A stretch of DNA of 64,000 bases from IMG/VR virus record IMGVR_UViG_3300032323_001487, positions 13,231 to 77,230 of that record. One strand, given 5' to 3'. The notes beneath the pieces are model-generated. The model ran no database searches and was not told the DNA's origin. It was given only the letters and a program-made list of their open reading frames with translations. Of the stretch, positions 37,601-47,800 are shown in pieces; positions within the stretch are counted from its first letter, which is position 1; each line of letters opens with the position of its first letter. Source of the DNA: a virus. Taxonomy: Duplodnaviria > Caudoviricetes. The position numbers and the translations under genes are program-made.

Positions 37601-40600
37601 GTTGACCCAGGTGGTGCTCTTTGGTTCCGCGCTCGCGGTGAAGCGAAGGGTGATGCTTTCGGCGAAAAGGTTGGAGAACTAGACACTCTTACTGACGGAA
37701 GCAATCCTCAGTCGAAGTTAGTTTTTGGAAGTATGACTAACGACGAGAAGCGCGACGCTGTCTCGGACCTTATAAATATTTCTCCTGACGAAATCGAAAT
37801 GTTAGTAAATCAAAACATTTCTGACCGTGGCGTTGCTCAGAAAATGTCAGAGACTCTTATTGCTAGAAGAAAAAACGCTTTAGACAGATTCGGGTTGTCT
37901 GACGCAGTTCCTTTTGATTTTTCTAGACAGGCACCGTTATTTGGTCCAAGAAGGGAGCCTAGACATCGCAAGCGTAGAATCAGCGGATACAAATACTTAG
38001 TTGACCGTCGTGGCGTTCACTACCCAAGCAAGCCTCTAAGCGTCCAAGACTACTCTGACCTTAGGGCAGGTAGAGCAATGCCTAAGCACCTGCCTTTTGC
38101 TTTTGCTCCTACTAAGAATGGAAACGTTCACTACTTAGATAGCAACGGCAAACTCCACTGGGGTCAGTATGGCGCTGCTGGTGCTTTGCTACGTCGCAAG
38201 AATCCAGAAGGCGACTACGAGTATCTGATGATTCAGAGAGGTAGAACTTCGACTGGACCCGGCAGGTGGTCATCGCCCGGTGGGGCACACGACAGTTTTG
38301 AAGATTCTCAGAACCCAGAGATTACTGCTAAGCGAGAGTTGCTAGAAGAACTGGGACTAGACCTCGAAGACAGAATTCCTTCTTTCGTTCTAAGAAAAGA
38401 AGATGCTCCAGACTGGGCTTACAACATGATTGTTTATGACGTTGAGTTTGGAGAGTTTGACAAAATTGCGTTGGAGCGCGACAAAAAAGGCAAATTAATT
38501 GGAGATGCCATCGACGCTACTTGGCTAGACATTGATGAAATTAGATACATGAAAGACCGTCGACTACTGCACGACGGCTTCTCTTCTGAATTGATAGAGC
38601 AAATTAACGAAGACAACGTCGGAGAAGGCACGATTGAGTTAATTTCTCCTACTCGTTATGCAAGAAGTAGAGTTCCTCAGGATTTGGGCGTTGAGTTAGT
38701 TCCAGCAACTATGGACAACAACCGAGTGAAGGCACCTTCTAAGCCTTTTACTGGCTCTGTAGAGCGTGAACTAGATGGACTAACTAAGCAGGAAGCCATC
38801 GAAAAACTTAGAGGTATGGAAATATCTTTTATTGACTTCGAGACCAACGGCATCGACGAATTCGATGGTGATTTGAATGGAAACAGGCCAGTTCAGGTAG
38901 GTATAGTAAAAGTCAAGGACGGCAAAGTCATAGACAGACTAAACGTTTATATGAACCCCGGTGCTCCGCTTGGCGAGTGGTCAAGCAAGAACCTGAAGAG
39001 AGACATAATGGTCCCTGACGGTAGCAGAATTCCTACTTTAGTTACTGACGATTGGCTAAAGCAACAGATTAGTCAAAATGATGCTCTAAAGCAGATAACT
39101 GATTTTATGGGCGAGAACCCTATCGTTGGTGGTCAAAACGTCTTGTTTGACTTAGAGATTCTTGACCGAATGGCTGGTAACGCTGGCTCGGACTACAAGG
39201 TCTCTGGGACTGTCGACTCTATGACTTTGGCTGAATATTTATTGCCTAGATACGACTCGACTAAGGGAGTGGACGGACCTAAAAAGAAGAACGCTGACGG
39301 CACTTTTACTCCAAGTTATAGTTTGGGCACAATCACTCAGTTCCTAGGATTTGAGCCAACTAAGTGGCACAGTGCGGACGGCGACGCCGAGGACTCGGCT
39401 TCTATGCTTTCTAAGATGCTCGAGCGAGCCGAGAACGATGATTCGATTGGCAATGATGCTTTCAACTCGGATTTGAATACAGAACGTTATCGCGATGGAC
39501 TAGAGAAATATAAAGCCGCCACTGACCCTGCTAGCCCTGCTACTAACAAGCAGGTCGAAGGTCTAGAAAAGATTTTGACTAAGTACCCAACCACCCCCGA
39601 AAAAGCCGATGCGCTCAGGGCGGATGTAGCACGCTCCACTAGAGGTGGCGCTACTGAACTTATGAATGAGTACGTAGAGGCTGAAGAAGCAAAGATAAGG
39701 CGCTACGATAGCGACCCAGAACTGGCTCAGATTAAGAGTGAACTGGCTGGCTTGGCTGGAGGGTTGCCTACTGACCTTGAGGACAGTTCGAACCCATATC
39801 TGTCAGAGCCAAGGACAGACTTGGGTCCTAAAGTCTTTCCCCACCTAACAACAGAGGCGGAGAGACCGCAACTAATTCAAGCAACACCTAGGTGGCAAGA
39901 ACTTAATAAAAAAATTACTGCTGCTGGCGCTGTAGTTGGCAAAAAGGTTAGGGATGCTGTAACTGCCGAGCACAAAGCAAACTACGGAACTGACCCCTAC
40001 CAACAACTTGAAGCGTTAAATAAAAAAGTTTTAGATTCTCAAGATTTTTATAGAAAAAAACTAAAGGATTCTAAATCAATCTTCAATAAATTCCGCCGCG
40101 ATTGGCTGTCCAGAAACGAGGTTGCCACTAAGGCAGCAGCCGTTAAACTGCTCGAAGCCATTAATAGAAACGAGACTCCGTCCTCTACAAATGACCTAGG
40201 AAGAGTAAGTTCACTTTATGACGAACTACTAAATATTAAAGTTAGTTCTGCTAATGACCAAGAAGCATTAGCCAAATTTTTTGAAGTTCTTGTTCAGAGC
40301 AAAGTCTCTGATGAACAAATATTCTTTTCATTGAGGGAATTAGCCCGAAAGGGAGACATCAGACCCGGTACCCCAAGCCACAACGATTGGGTCGCTCTTT
40401 CGGATGTCTCTAGGGCCGAAGCAAGACTCGCTGAGGCGCAGGATAAACAGTCCGAGTTGGCGCTTAGAGTTGCAACCTTGCAGACTATAGAGTCTAGAAG
40501 AGTTTTGAAGGCTCTAGGGGTCGAGTTTAATCACGGTGTTCAGATAGAGTCCGAGTTTGTGGGAAGCGGGGAGATGCGTATTAATCACAATGTCTCTGCT

Positions 40601-41449
40601 AACAGGTGGGAAGGCGTTTTCATGCCAACAGCGCCAGACAGAGAAGCCAGACTGCTTAGAAACTACGGTTCTCAACTTTTAGAAGAGAAGACGGTCAGAG
40701 AAGGATTAAATTTCGGAACAGATTCTTTCCCTAAATCTTTTATTTCTTTGGTTAATAAGAGAATCACTAAAAATGGAAACAAACTTAAGTTGGGTGTGAC
40801 CGCAAGAGGCTCGACTACCGTTGTTAGGAATGACGGTTCCACTGGCGGCCAACGCTCTTCAAATCCGTCTTTGCAGGAAATAAGTTCTGACTCAATTGTT
40901 TCAATGTCACTAAGTCCATCCCCCGAAGGCTTACCTGGGTCAAAAGACCTTGGCACAACTGCCGTGCACGAACTCACTCACTTGGTAGCAGAGACTATGA
41001 AAATGTCATCTTTCTTGGAATGGGCAAAAGTAAGCGAGTTAGGATTGGAAAAAACAAAGCCAGACGGCTCTCCAGATGTCTCACTTATTAGGACAGACGC
41101 GGTTAACAAGACAGAGGATGGCTCTGCCATCCCAGCCTCGCTACTAGACAGAGCAAAAATTTATGCACTAGAAGCGGGCATACCGCTCAGTACAATTTTG
41201 AGATACGCTGGAAAGTTCAATTCCGACTCCACTGGCAATAGATATGGGGTCGGTCCCAACAGCAATGGAGAACTTTTGTCGACAGTTTTAGAGAGTCTAT
41301 TAGGTGGCACCCCTGCGAACTTAGTCAGGGACTATCATAGAAATGCATTTGAAAGAGACTCCGCATCTCCAGTAGTAGATGCTTCTCTAATGGACTGGGG
41401 GCTAGGCTCTCTACTAGTGTTAGATGAATACGCTAAGAGACAACTTTAA
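34673..41449 (+). CDS. Giant multi-domain (polyvalent) protein 1: ART-like, kinase-like, Nudix, DEDDh exonuclease, HExxH peptidase
   Basis: VYR..YSSLD..DE (about 36430-36650); YVKK..NEVLA..DAWLANWD..DN..DPGG (37240-37890); PGG.....RELLEELG (38150-38600); DFET..QNV.FD..H.A..DA (38820-39430); HELTH (40967). Confidence 0.75.
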   Translation: MATNPYAGENSFLARSARAKRQRRDRKGRFAWMGGAARFFLAVEGIGKGLSIPSRFAGYDKKSDSFDLELQDAGDIAKYGKLVRVPASKVEGIKAYINLPSLGKRTPTNVESDVLVSPDEIKKIDAPSGWNLTKTENGVEFYESEDGWIAEKYSNLDAYKKSGKSPNKFKGSGVNGVQQSSQPVYHVYRNPKADALMYDDSVRFGDVSVAAQTWGDTQAMVEKLARRKYDSFKSNLSSLRALPSAWTDYDPSSRGLFSDTKWTLYKYESGKTPTPARIMKMSSIQRNNLYKKLSENLRNPEATANWYKDDRTLRTSFQVRQMPANSADARTALNKARVDGKKIQTFDGTSKLDPKEDVLELSYYKTDGSEPIAYFQDWEDLEDWIEEERFSAKEKLKKEREAAKNLEPMARRAVELPDRSDSDIIQDLEPVSTPAISKSSFFKTENSDFEGVASEKASSPRSSKYIDGPDVVNEIMNEAAKVAFEQGRFPIPRKGGLSTSADGKFLAPDVKIALQRQYKRVFDSLKESNPDFMANYDTFDKFWADVDKNSVSTSTPFGDGPESEFRQTVNKAYAKEILGLDEDGFIEVYRNSIRGGSREGQSEVDAAAGYSSLDKNMAWDYQSQATGDGPFSGRYSIKVKPEEYGGMIGHSGGLDEFGVVLGKNVTSIDGRIEKHGKLETLPILDGVTFGARGTGGGPYRFFNEGFRFIKPAGEFDYTNFDDLIARAGGKDKVRAKISEFWPNTTFDRVEKDSFGLNGSSFEKYITKLPNGKAIFNPASLTLTESGFGAEGIDQKGDRIDNLLKGALAFQELTGQKIIEWRRGGNPITDKKASTAPETTATTERAGIRDLSGFKPTGGPLGSNEGGTYEDANGNKIYVKKPRTKLHGENEVLASMLYERLGVNTAKIRFGRLKDGTEVTYSDWIDSKKDLRQRLSDPEYVQKIQEGFGVDAWLANWDVAGGALDNIVTDNNGDPVRVDPGGALWFRARGEAKGDAFGEKVGELDTLTDGSNPQSKLVFGSMTNDEKRDAVSDLINISPDEIEMLVNQNISDRGVAQKMSETLIARRKNALDRFGLSDAVPFDFSRQAPLFGPRREPRHRKRRISGYKYLVDRRGVHYPSKPLSVQDYSDLRAGRAMPKHLPFAFAPTKNGNVHYLDSNGKLHWGQYGAAGALLRRKNPEGDYEYLMIQRGRTSTGPGRWSSPGGAHDSFEDSQNPEITAKRELLEELGLDLEDRIPSFVLRKEDAPDWAYNMIVYDVEFGEFDKIALERDKKGKLIGDAIDATWLDIDEIRYMKDRRLLHDGFSSELIEQINEDNVGEGTIELISPTRYARSRVPQDLGVELVPATMDNNRVKAPSKPFTGSVERELDGLTKQEAIEKLRGMEISFIDFETNGIDEFDGDLNGNRPVQVGIVKVKDGKVIDRLNVYMNPGAPLGEWSSKNLKRDIMVPDGSRIPTLVTDDWLKQQISQNDALKQITDFMGENPIVGGQNVLFDLEILDRMAGNAGSDYKVSGTVDSMTLAEYLLPRYDSTKGVDGPKKKNADGTFTPSYSLGTITQFLGFEPTKWHSADGDAEDSASMLSKMLERAENDDSIGNDAFNSDLNTERYRDGLEKYKAATDPASPATNKQVEGLEKILTKYPTTPEKADALRADVARSTRGGATELMNEYVEAEEAKIRRYDSDPELAQIKSELAGLAGGLPTDLEDSSNPYLSEPRTDLGPKVFPHLTTEAERPQLIQATPRWQELNKKITAAGAVVGKKVRDAVTAEHKANYGTDPYQQLEALNKKVLDSQDFYRKKLKDSKSIFNKFRRDWLSRNEVATKAAAVKLLEAINRNETPSSTNDLGRVSSLYDELLNIKVSSANDQEALAKFFEVLVQSKVSDEQIFFSLRELARKGDIRPGTPSHNDWVALSDVSRAEARLAEAQDKQSELALRVATLQTIESRRVLKALGVEFNHGVQIESEFVGSGEMRINHNVSANRWEGVFMPTAPDREARLLRNYGSQLLEEKTVREGLNFGTDSFPKSFISLVNKRITKNGNKLKLGVTARGSTTVVRNDGSTGGQRSSNPSLQEISSDSIVSMSLSPSPEGLPGSKDLGTTAVHELTHLVAETMKMSSFLEWAKVSELGLEKTKPDGSPDVSLIRTDAVNKTEDGSAIPASLLDRAKIYALEAGIPLSTILRYAGKFNSDSTGNRYGVGPNSNGELLSTVLESLLGGTPANLVRDYHRNAFERDSASPVVDASLMDWGLGSLLVLDEYAKRQL

Positions 41450-41457
41450 GGAAAACA

Positions 41458-41796
41458 ATGGATAGCATCGCTTATTACGACATCACCTTGAAAGATGGTA
41501 GTCAACTCTACTGGACTAAATCATTTGGGCTAAATATTTTTGTCAACTACTTTGAAAATAAGGAGTTAGATGAGACTAGCGATGCTTTTCAGTTATCAGT
41601 TGATTTTGAGTTATTTATGACTTCTGGCGGGGACTCTTTTTCATTCAAGTATCTTGACGCTGATATCAAGAAAGATATAAAAGACCCAGTGGCAGTAAAA
41701 CTAGCAATCCTCAAGTTATACCCAGAGGCAGTGTTCTCTAGCACAGCGCCTAACACAGACAGTTACACTAAAAGAGCAAAAAACGTAGTCAACTAA
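41458..41796 (+). CDS. Small AT-rich ORF after giant protein 1 (candidate immunity or partner)
   Basis: SD AAGGA; starts 8 bp after the giant ORF stop. Confidence 0.6.
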   Translation: MDSIAYYDITLKDGSQLYWTKSFGLNIFVNYFENKELDETSDAFQLSVDFELFMTSGGDSFSFKYLDADIKKDIKDPVAVKLAILKLYPEAVFSSTAPNTDSYTKRAKNVVN

Positions 41797-41888
41797 AGGC
41801 GAGCAGTCAATAGCAATACAATAAAGTTGCTATACTGTTTTTTATACAGATTGACGCTGACTGTAGTCGTTTTAGGAGAAATTTTCAT

Positions 41889-44800
41889 ATGACTGACGCT
41901 TTCGGGCTGTCCCACCCTGACGACTCGCCAATTGTCGCAGCAAGCAATGCTTACTCTGGTAAGAACTCGGCAGCAGCGAGACGTCTTCGCGTAAAACTTC
42001 AGCGCCGTGACCGCTATGGGCGCTGGGTCGAGATGGGTGGCGTACTCAGTTTCAAGGTGCGCGTCAATGGGGAAGTTCAGACCAAGATTGGTCGAGCAGT
42101 TGGTGGCTCCGAGCGTGACGGATACATTCGCGTTGTAATTCCAGAGGGCCAAGGCATTAGACCTGGCACTTATCACATCTCTGAAAAGGTATCCCGCACT
42201 GCTAAGGCGATGCTTGGCGAAGACTACCTAGAGGAAAAGGGCGTCAGAGTTGACTCTAACGGAAACAGTATTGGCGAAGTACTGGACCGTGATATTGAAG
42301 ATGTTAAGGACCTGTTTAGGGAAGATACTTCAGACCTAGACCGCGCCATGCTCGACGGTGTTCTAAGCGATGACGAAAAGTCTGCCCTAGAGAAGTCACG
42401 ACAGGCTTCCCCCACCCACAAGTCTTACAACGTTGTAGATGAGTCTGGTAAGCGCGTCGACGAGGATGAGGTCGGTGGATTGGACTTCACTGACATCGCA
42501 GACTCTAGGAACTGGCGTCTACGTAAGAACAGGGACGGCTCAATCAAGTCTGGTAAGTATCTGTCTCCAGACAAGAAACTAAGAGCAGAAATCTACCAAA
42601 CCGAGTCTGGCAAGACTTACATGAAGGTCTCTTACCCTACTGACAAGAACCTAATTGAGAACGAAGAGGTTGGCGCTCTTACTGAGGACGACCTACTTGG
42701 CGACTCGCGCAACCTAAGCACTGGCTACGGACGTGCGCTAGACAGCGTTGACAAGACCGTGAAGGGCGCTAAGGCGGTTCTACCTGCCCCAGATAAAGAA
42801 GAGCAGAAGAAGATTGACGCAGAGCGCAAGGCTATGGAGGACTTGGTAAAGGCTTCGCCAGTGCGCGAGTCTTACGCTATGCCAGAACTTTACATGGCTG
42901 AAGCAACTGACGACGAACTCTTTGCTCGCCTAAAGTCCTTGGAAGAACGAGACACCAACAATGACTCGCTATTTCTTAAGGATGGAGAAATCCGCAACCT
43001 TCGGGCTGAACGCGAAAGCGTAATTATTGACGACATTCGTCGTGAACTAAAGTCCCGTGGTTTGGCTATCCCTAAGTCGGTAAAGCCTGCTAAGCGTCCA
43101 CTAAAGAAGCCAGCAAAGCCTTCGGAGCAACCAGACAACTGGCTAAGCGCACCTAGCCTTCGCGTTGGAGACCAGATTGTTGATGCTGACGGCAAGCGCA
43201 AGAAAATTGCTTCTATCACCCCTGAGCCAGACGGCACCCGCGCACTAATCAAGTTCGCTGATGGTAGCGAAAGAATGTACGAGGGTGAAGAACTTGTACA
43301 GATTGCTGGCAAGAACGTAATCAAGGAAGACGTTCCAGTAGAGCCAGTCGCCCCTAAGTTCCCTGACGCTAACCGCTCTAACGTCTACGACAACGCTGCC
43401 AAGGCTCTTGGCATTACGCCAGAGGAACTCAAGGCTGACAGAAGAATCTTTGATGCCGTAGAGCACACTTCTGACCTTATCGACAAGCGCGAAGCCGATG
43501 CTTTAGACGATTTTATGGGCGAGGACGGAACCACCAGACTTTACAGTTCCCTAACCGACGCTATTGCTAAGCACTACGCACTAACTAAAAACGGCGAACT
43601 TTATCAGCCAGAGCCTTTGGGCAGAGATAACAAGGATTTGCTGGAAAAGGCTCGCGCTGGCGGGGCAACCATCAACCCGCTGAGCCGACGCAACAGGCTT
43701 CAAGGCTGGGCCGTTGCCGTTAGGGGCAACAACGACGAGATTATTGACACAGTGGCGCTCGAGGACGGCATCGGCGACCTACTTATGAACGACTATGTCA
43801 ATAGAAACATTGACAAGTTTGGTGGCAACAAGTATCTTGGTCTTTGGCACGATAAAAAGAGCCACGAATTGGTATATGACGTCAGCGAAGTTTTCAAGGA
43901 AGACAATGTTGAGGAAGCAACCAAGGCTGGAAAAGATAGAAACCAAAAGGCCATCTTCAACCTAAAAACTTGGGATGAGATTGAAACAGGAGGAACTGGA
44001 GACAATGGAAGAGCAAGAAAAGAGCGTGAATCAGCGCGTCTGGGCGGAGATAAGTCCAGAGGAGTGGAAGAACCTGAGCCAGAGAGAGCAGATTCTGCGC
44101 CTGAAGAGCGCACGCCTGTCAGTGATTCAGGAGTCGACGCAGCAAGAGCCGAAGACGAAGAAGGACTAAGAGAACATCTTCGCGAACTTCCTTCGTTTCT
44201 TCGAGACAACCTATTAGAACTTCTACCTACTGGCATTTATGAGTCAGATAAGAAATCTATTGCGGAGAACATTGACAGGCTAGAGAACTCCCTTGATAAG
44301 GGCAGTTCTGCGATTACTCAGGCTTTGAAGGCGCTAAGCCGTTCTTTGGCTAAAGCAGAGAAAAAGCAAGACGAAAAAGACGCCGACAACCGAGAGGTCG
44401 CTGACCTACTCGATGAAACCATTATGCAAGTATCTCTTGCACACAACTTTGCTAAGTCAATTACCGTAGCACCTTCAGCACCGGGTCAGCCAGAAGGCAA
44501 ACTAACTCAGCCTGGTAGCGCAAGTAGCAGAAGAATTAGCCCATCTAGCGACGGTAGTGAATTTGCACCAACTCCTAGGATGGCTAGGGATTCTGGCGGA
44601 GGCACTGAAGACCCGATTTCTGATTTGTCAGACATCGTTGACGACACTGACCCAGAAATTGTTCGCCAACTTAGAGCAATGGATTTGGCTGTTGACTACG
44701 ACAGTCTTAGTGATTCTCAAAAAAATACTTACAACAACCTAAAGACTTTCCAAGAGAACGCGGTCAGGGCTTTGACTATCGCCGCTGTCTCAGACAATAT

Positions 44801-47800
44801 GGAAAAGTACAAGCGCCAGCGCACGATTGCCCTGAGTGTCACTAGAGCATATAACGGATTTATTACTGCCATTAACACTGGCAACCCGAGGGAAGATTAC
44901 ATTTCTACTGGTTCTATGGAGAACAGAACCAGAAACCTGACTTTCATCGAAGACTCTATAACCACTAAAACTGGCAGAGACACTAGAACCAAAATCATTG
45001 ACAAAGCAAAAGCAATTTTTGTTGCTCGTGATGGCTCGGTCTATGAACTTAGCATGGACAGATACAACTCGGACATTGAGGCAAGAAAACTTGACGCTAG
45101 TGGAAATTATGTAAGGCTCCCTAGCGGTACGGAGCGAGCAGCAACCTTGAATCATCTTGGTGGTGGCGACGACGGTTTCCACACCGAGAGCGAGGCATAT
45201 TTAGACCCGTATAGCCCTAATTCAGACAAAATTAGACCAGTTTCTCCCGGAATGATTAGAACAGAGGACTCTCTTCAATCTAGCGGATTGGCTGGAGCGC
45301 TCTATGCTTTCCTAGGATACGTACACAACCAAAATGGTCGTGGATTTATGCACAGTGCTTACTTGCTAAGAATGGGAAACTTAGCAAGCAAACTTGTAAA
45401 TAAAAATCTTAAATATCACCACCCTGCCCAAAAAGAAAAAGCCCTTACAGTAATCAATCCAAATTCGGACATTATTCAGTCAATGAGTGACGCTGGCTGG
45501 TTTGACCGCAGTTACAGGGCTTTTACCACTTTGACTTATTACCCTAGTGACCACAGTTCGCTAGATATTCCTGGAAAGATGACGTTCCAAAACTTCCTAA
45601 AGCCCTTGGACGGCAGTCTCGCTGGTGGAGACAACATCGGTCCGCTTTGGAATATGGATAAATCTATCCACGAACTTGCCGACGAACTCGGTGTCGCTGC
45701 TATGGAATTACCTGACGTGGCTAACTACTTTAAAGATTATCTTGATGGTGGCAAAAAAGACTGGGAACTAATAAACATCCAAGGCACGCTTCTTGATACC
45801 GCTTTCTTGGGCGGAGCAACAAAGGAAGATGCTCTTTCTAAGTTGCGTAATCTAAAGAAAGCAGTAGATGTTATTAGCGCTGACGTCTCTCTTGGTTCTA
45901 GCATTAGAAGAATTTCTGGAGGATTGTCCGAATCTCTAGACGACCTAATTCCCGCTATCGATGCTAGAAGTTTTGATGACAGCACTAGGGTAGAGCGCCC
46001 TAAGGACATGGACTTTAATGCTTTCAGCAAGGTCAACTCTGACCCTTACACGGCTAAGAATGGCTATGAGCCGTTTAGAACCGACTTTATTATGCCAGAG
46101 GGTGTTCCCCCTATTGATTCTTCTGATTCATATATGCCAAAGAGAGTGTATCCAGCAGAGTGGATAAACTCAGACACCCCTGCTCCTAGTTCATGGAGCG
46201 ACGAGGGCGGAACTCTAGAACTACAGACAGAAGAGCGACTGGTGGATGCTCTAAGACAGAGCATTAGAAACAAGTCTGACCTAGCAGTTATGTCGTTCGA
46301 TGGTGTAGACCGAAACATACAAGCACGCTCTATTTATGACGCCATTAGACGTAAGAGCCTAGACCACAATATGATTCTCGCCAAACTTTACGACGAGGTT
46401 TTGGGTGGAGACGAAAACCAAAGAAGACTAGAAGAGTTTAGAAGAACTGCCCCTTCTATTAAGAGCGAGGCTGCCGAACTAATCGAGTCCGTGGGAATCG
46501 TGATTCCGCCAGCAGACTTTGAATTTGGCGGTATGTACGACGAGGATGCTCACAGACTTTCCGCTGGCTCTGCAATCTTTGACGATGAAGTTACTGGAGA
46601 GGGTTTTGGTCTCCAACTAAGCAAACTTTCCGAAAACGAGAACCTACAAACACCTAGTTACATGTCCTTGGACCGCAACCCATACGTTAGCGTAGATGAA
46701 GCGGACGACTGGTCCCGCTTAGGAACGAGTGACAATCCTAGGATTATTGCTAGAAACTTCTCTCGCTCTGGACTGTCTCAGGGGCTTGTTAGTGCTGTAA
46801 AGAGAAACAGTAGTTATGTGAACCTACAGTTTGCTAATGGCACCGAGAGAAGTATCTCAATTCTTGCAATTAGAGATGCGCTTCAGCACCAAGGTGTAGA
46901 CACTAACGCGCTTCTAAAGTCCGCTGGGGCGAAGAGGGTCCGCGAGTACATCAGGTCTCTCAACGTGGCAGATAACGGCGAAAGAGTAACTAATACTTTC
47001 CAGGTCGGAGCAAATCCCGGCTTCTTGAGAACCAACACTTACGCTAACCCAGAGACTGAATCTAACGGTAGAGCGACTGTAATTATTGATGACCCTAATG
47101 GCACTTCTTTTGATTCTTTGGGTTCTGGCTCTAAGGTTATCGGTCTCACTCGTTTAGACACTACAACCGACCCGTTGCGACCTTACGCTGTAGTTTGGTT
47201 TGGCAAAAAAGATGCTGTCGCATTGAGCAGATTCAACGTTGAGGACCACGAAAGTAAAGTTGTAGAGCGCTATGAGACAAGAGCAGAGGCAGACGCCGTG
47301 CTTGGCGATTTGGCTAGAGACGACATGTTCTTTGTCGACCAGATTATGCCTGGCTCGGGAGCCTTACCTCCACTAAAAATTACAAAGCAAATTCCTTCTA
47401 CTTTGCCTATGGTAGAAAGACGGCTAGGTTCCAAGACAACTAGTTACCAAATTGGAATTATTGACCCTAAGGTTGTCCACTTTTCTGACAACAGAGGGGT
47501 GCTCGGGGAAGGTGGCAAGGACGACCTGTTCCGCGATGACAATGGCAACATACTTGCAACCGTAACTGCTAGCGAAGACGGACAGTTCCAAGCCAAAGTA
47601 GACTCGCTCACCGAAACTTTCACTAACAGAGACATGGCTTTGTGGTGGGCTGGCGACGAGTTGGCAAGAAAATTAGAAGCAAATGTAAACTTTTTTGATA
47701 ACAGTCGGGTTCCTGCGGAACGACCTAAAAACTTTTTGTCTGGCTACGAAGAGTCAGAGACTCTAACGACTGACCTGACTCTTTCTACTTATGGAGTTCT

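Noticed and set aside
43140-43310. Intein/Hint domain suggested by SLRVGDQI (and ELAPGDKI near 50500)
   Set aside because: No N-terminal Cys block, TxxH or terminal HN motif; more likely small SH3-like barrels
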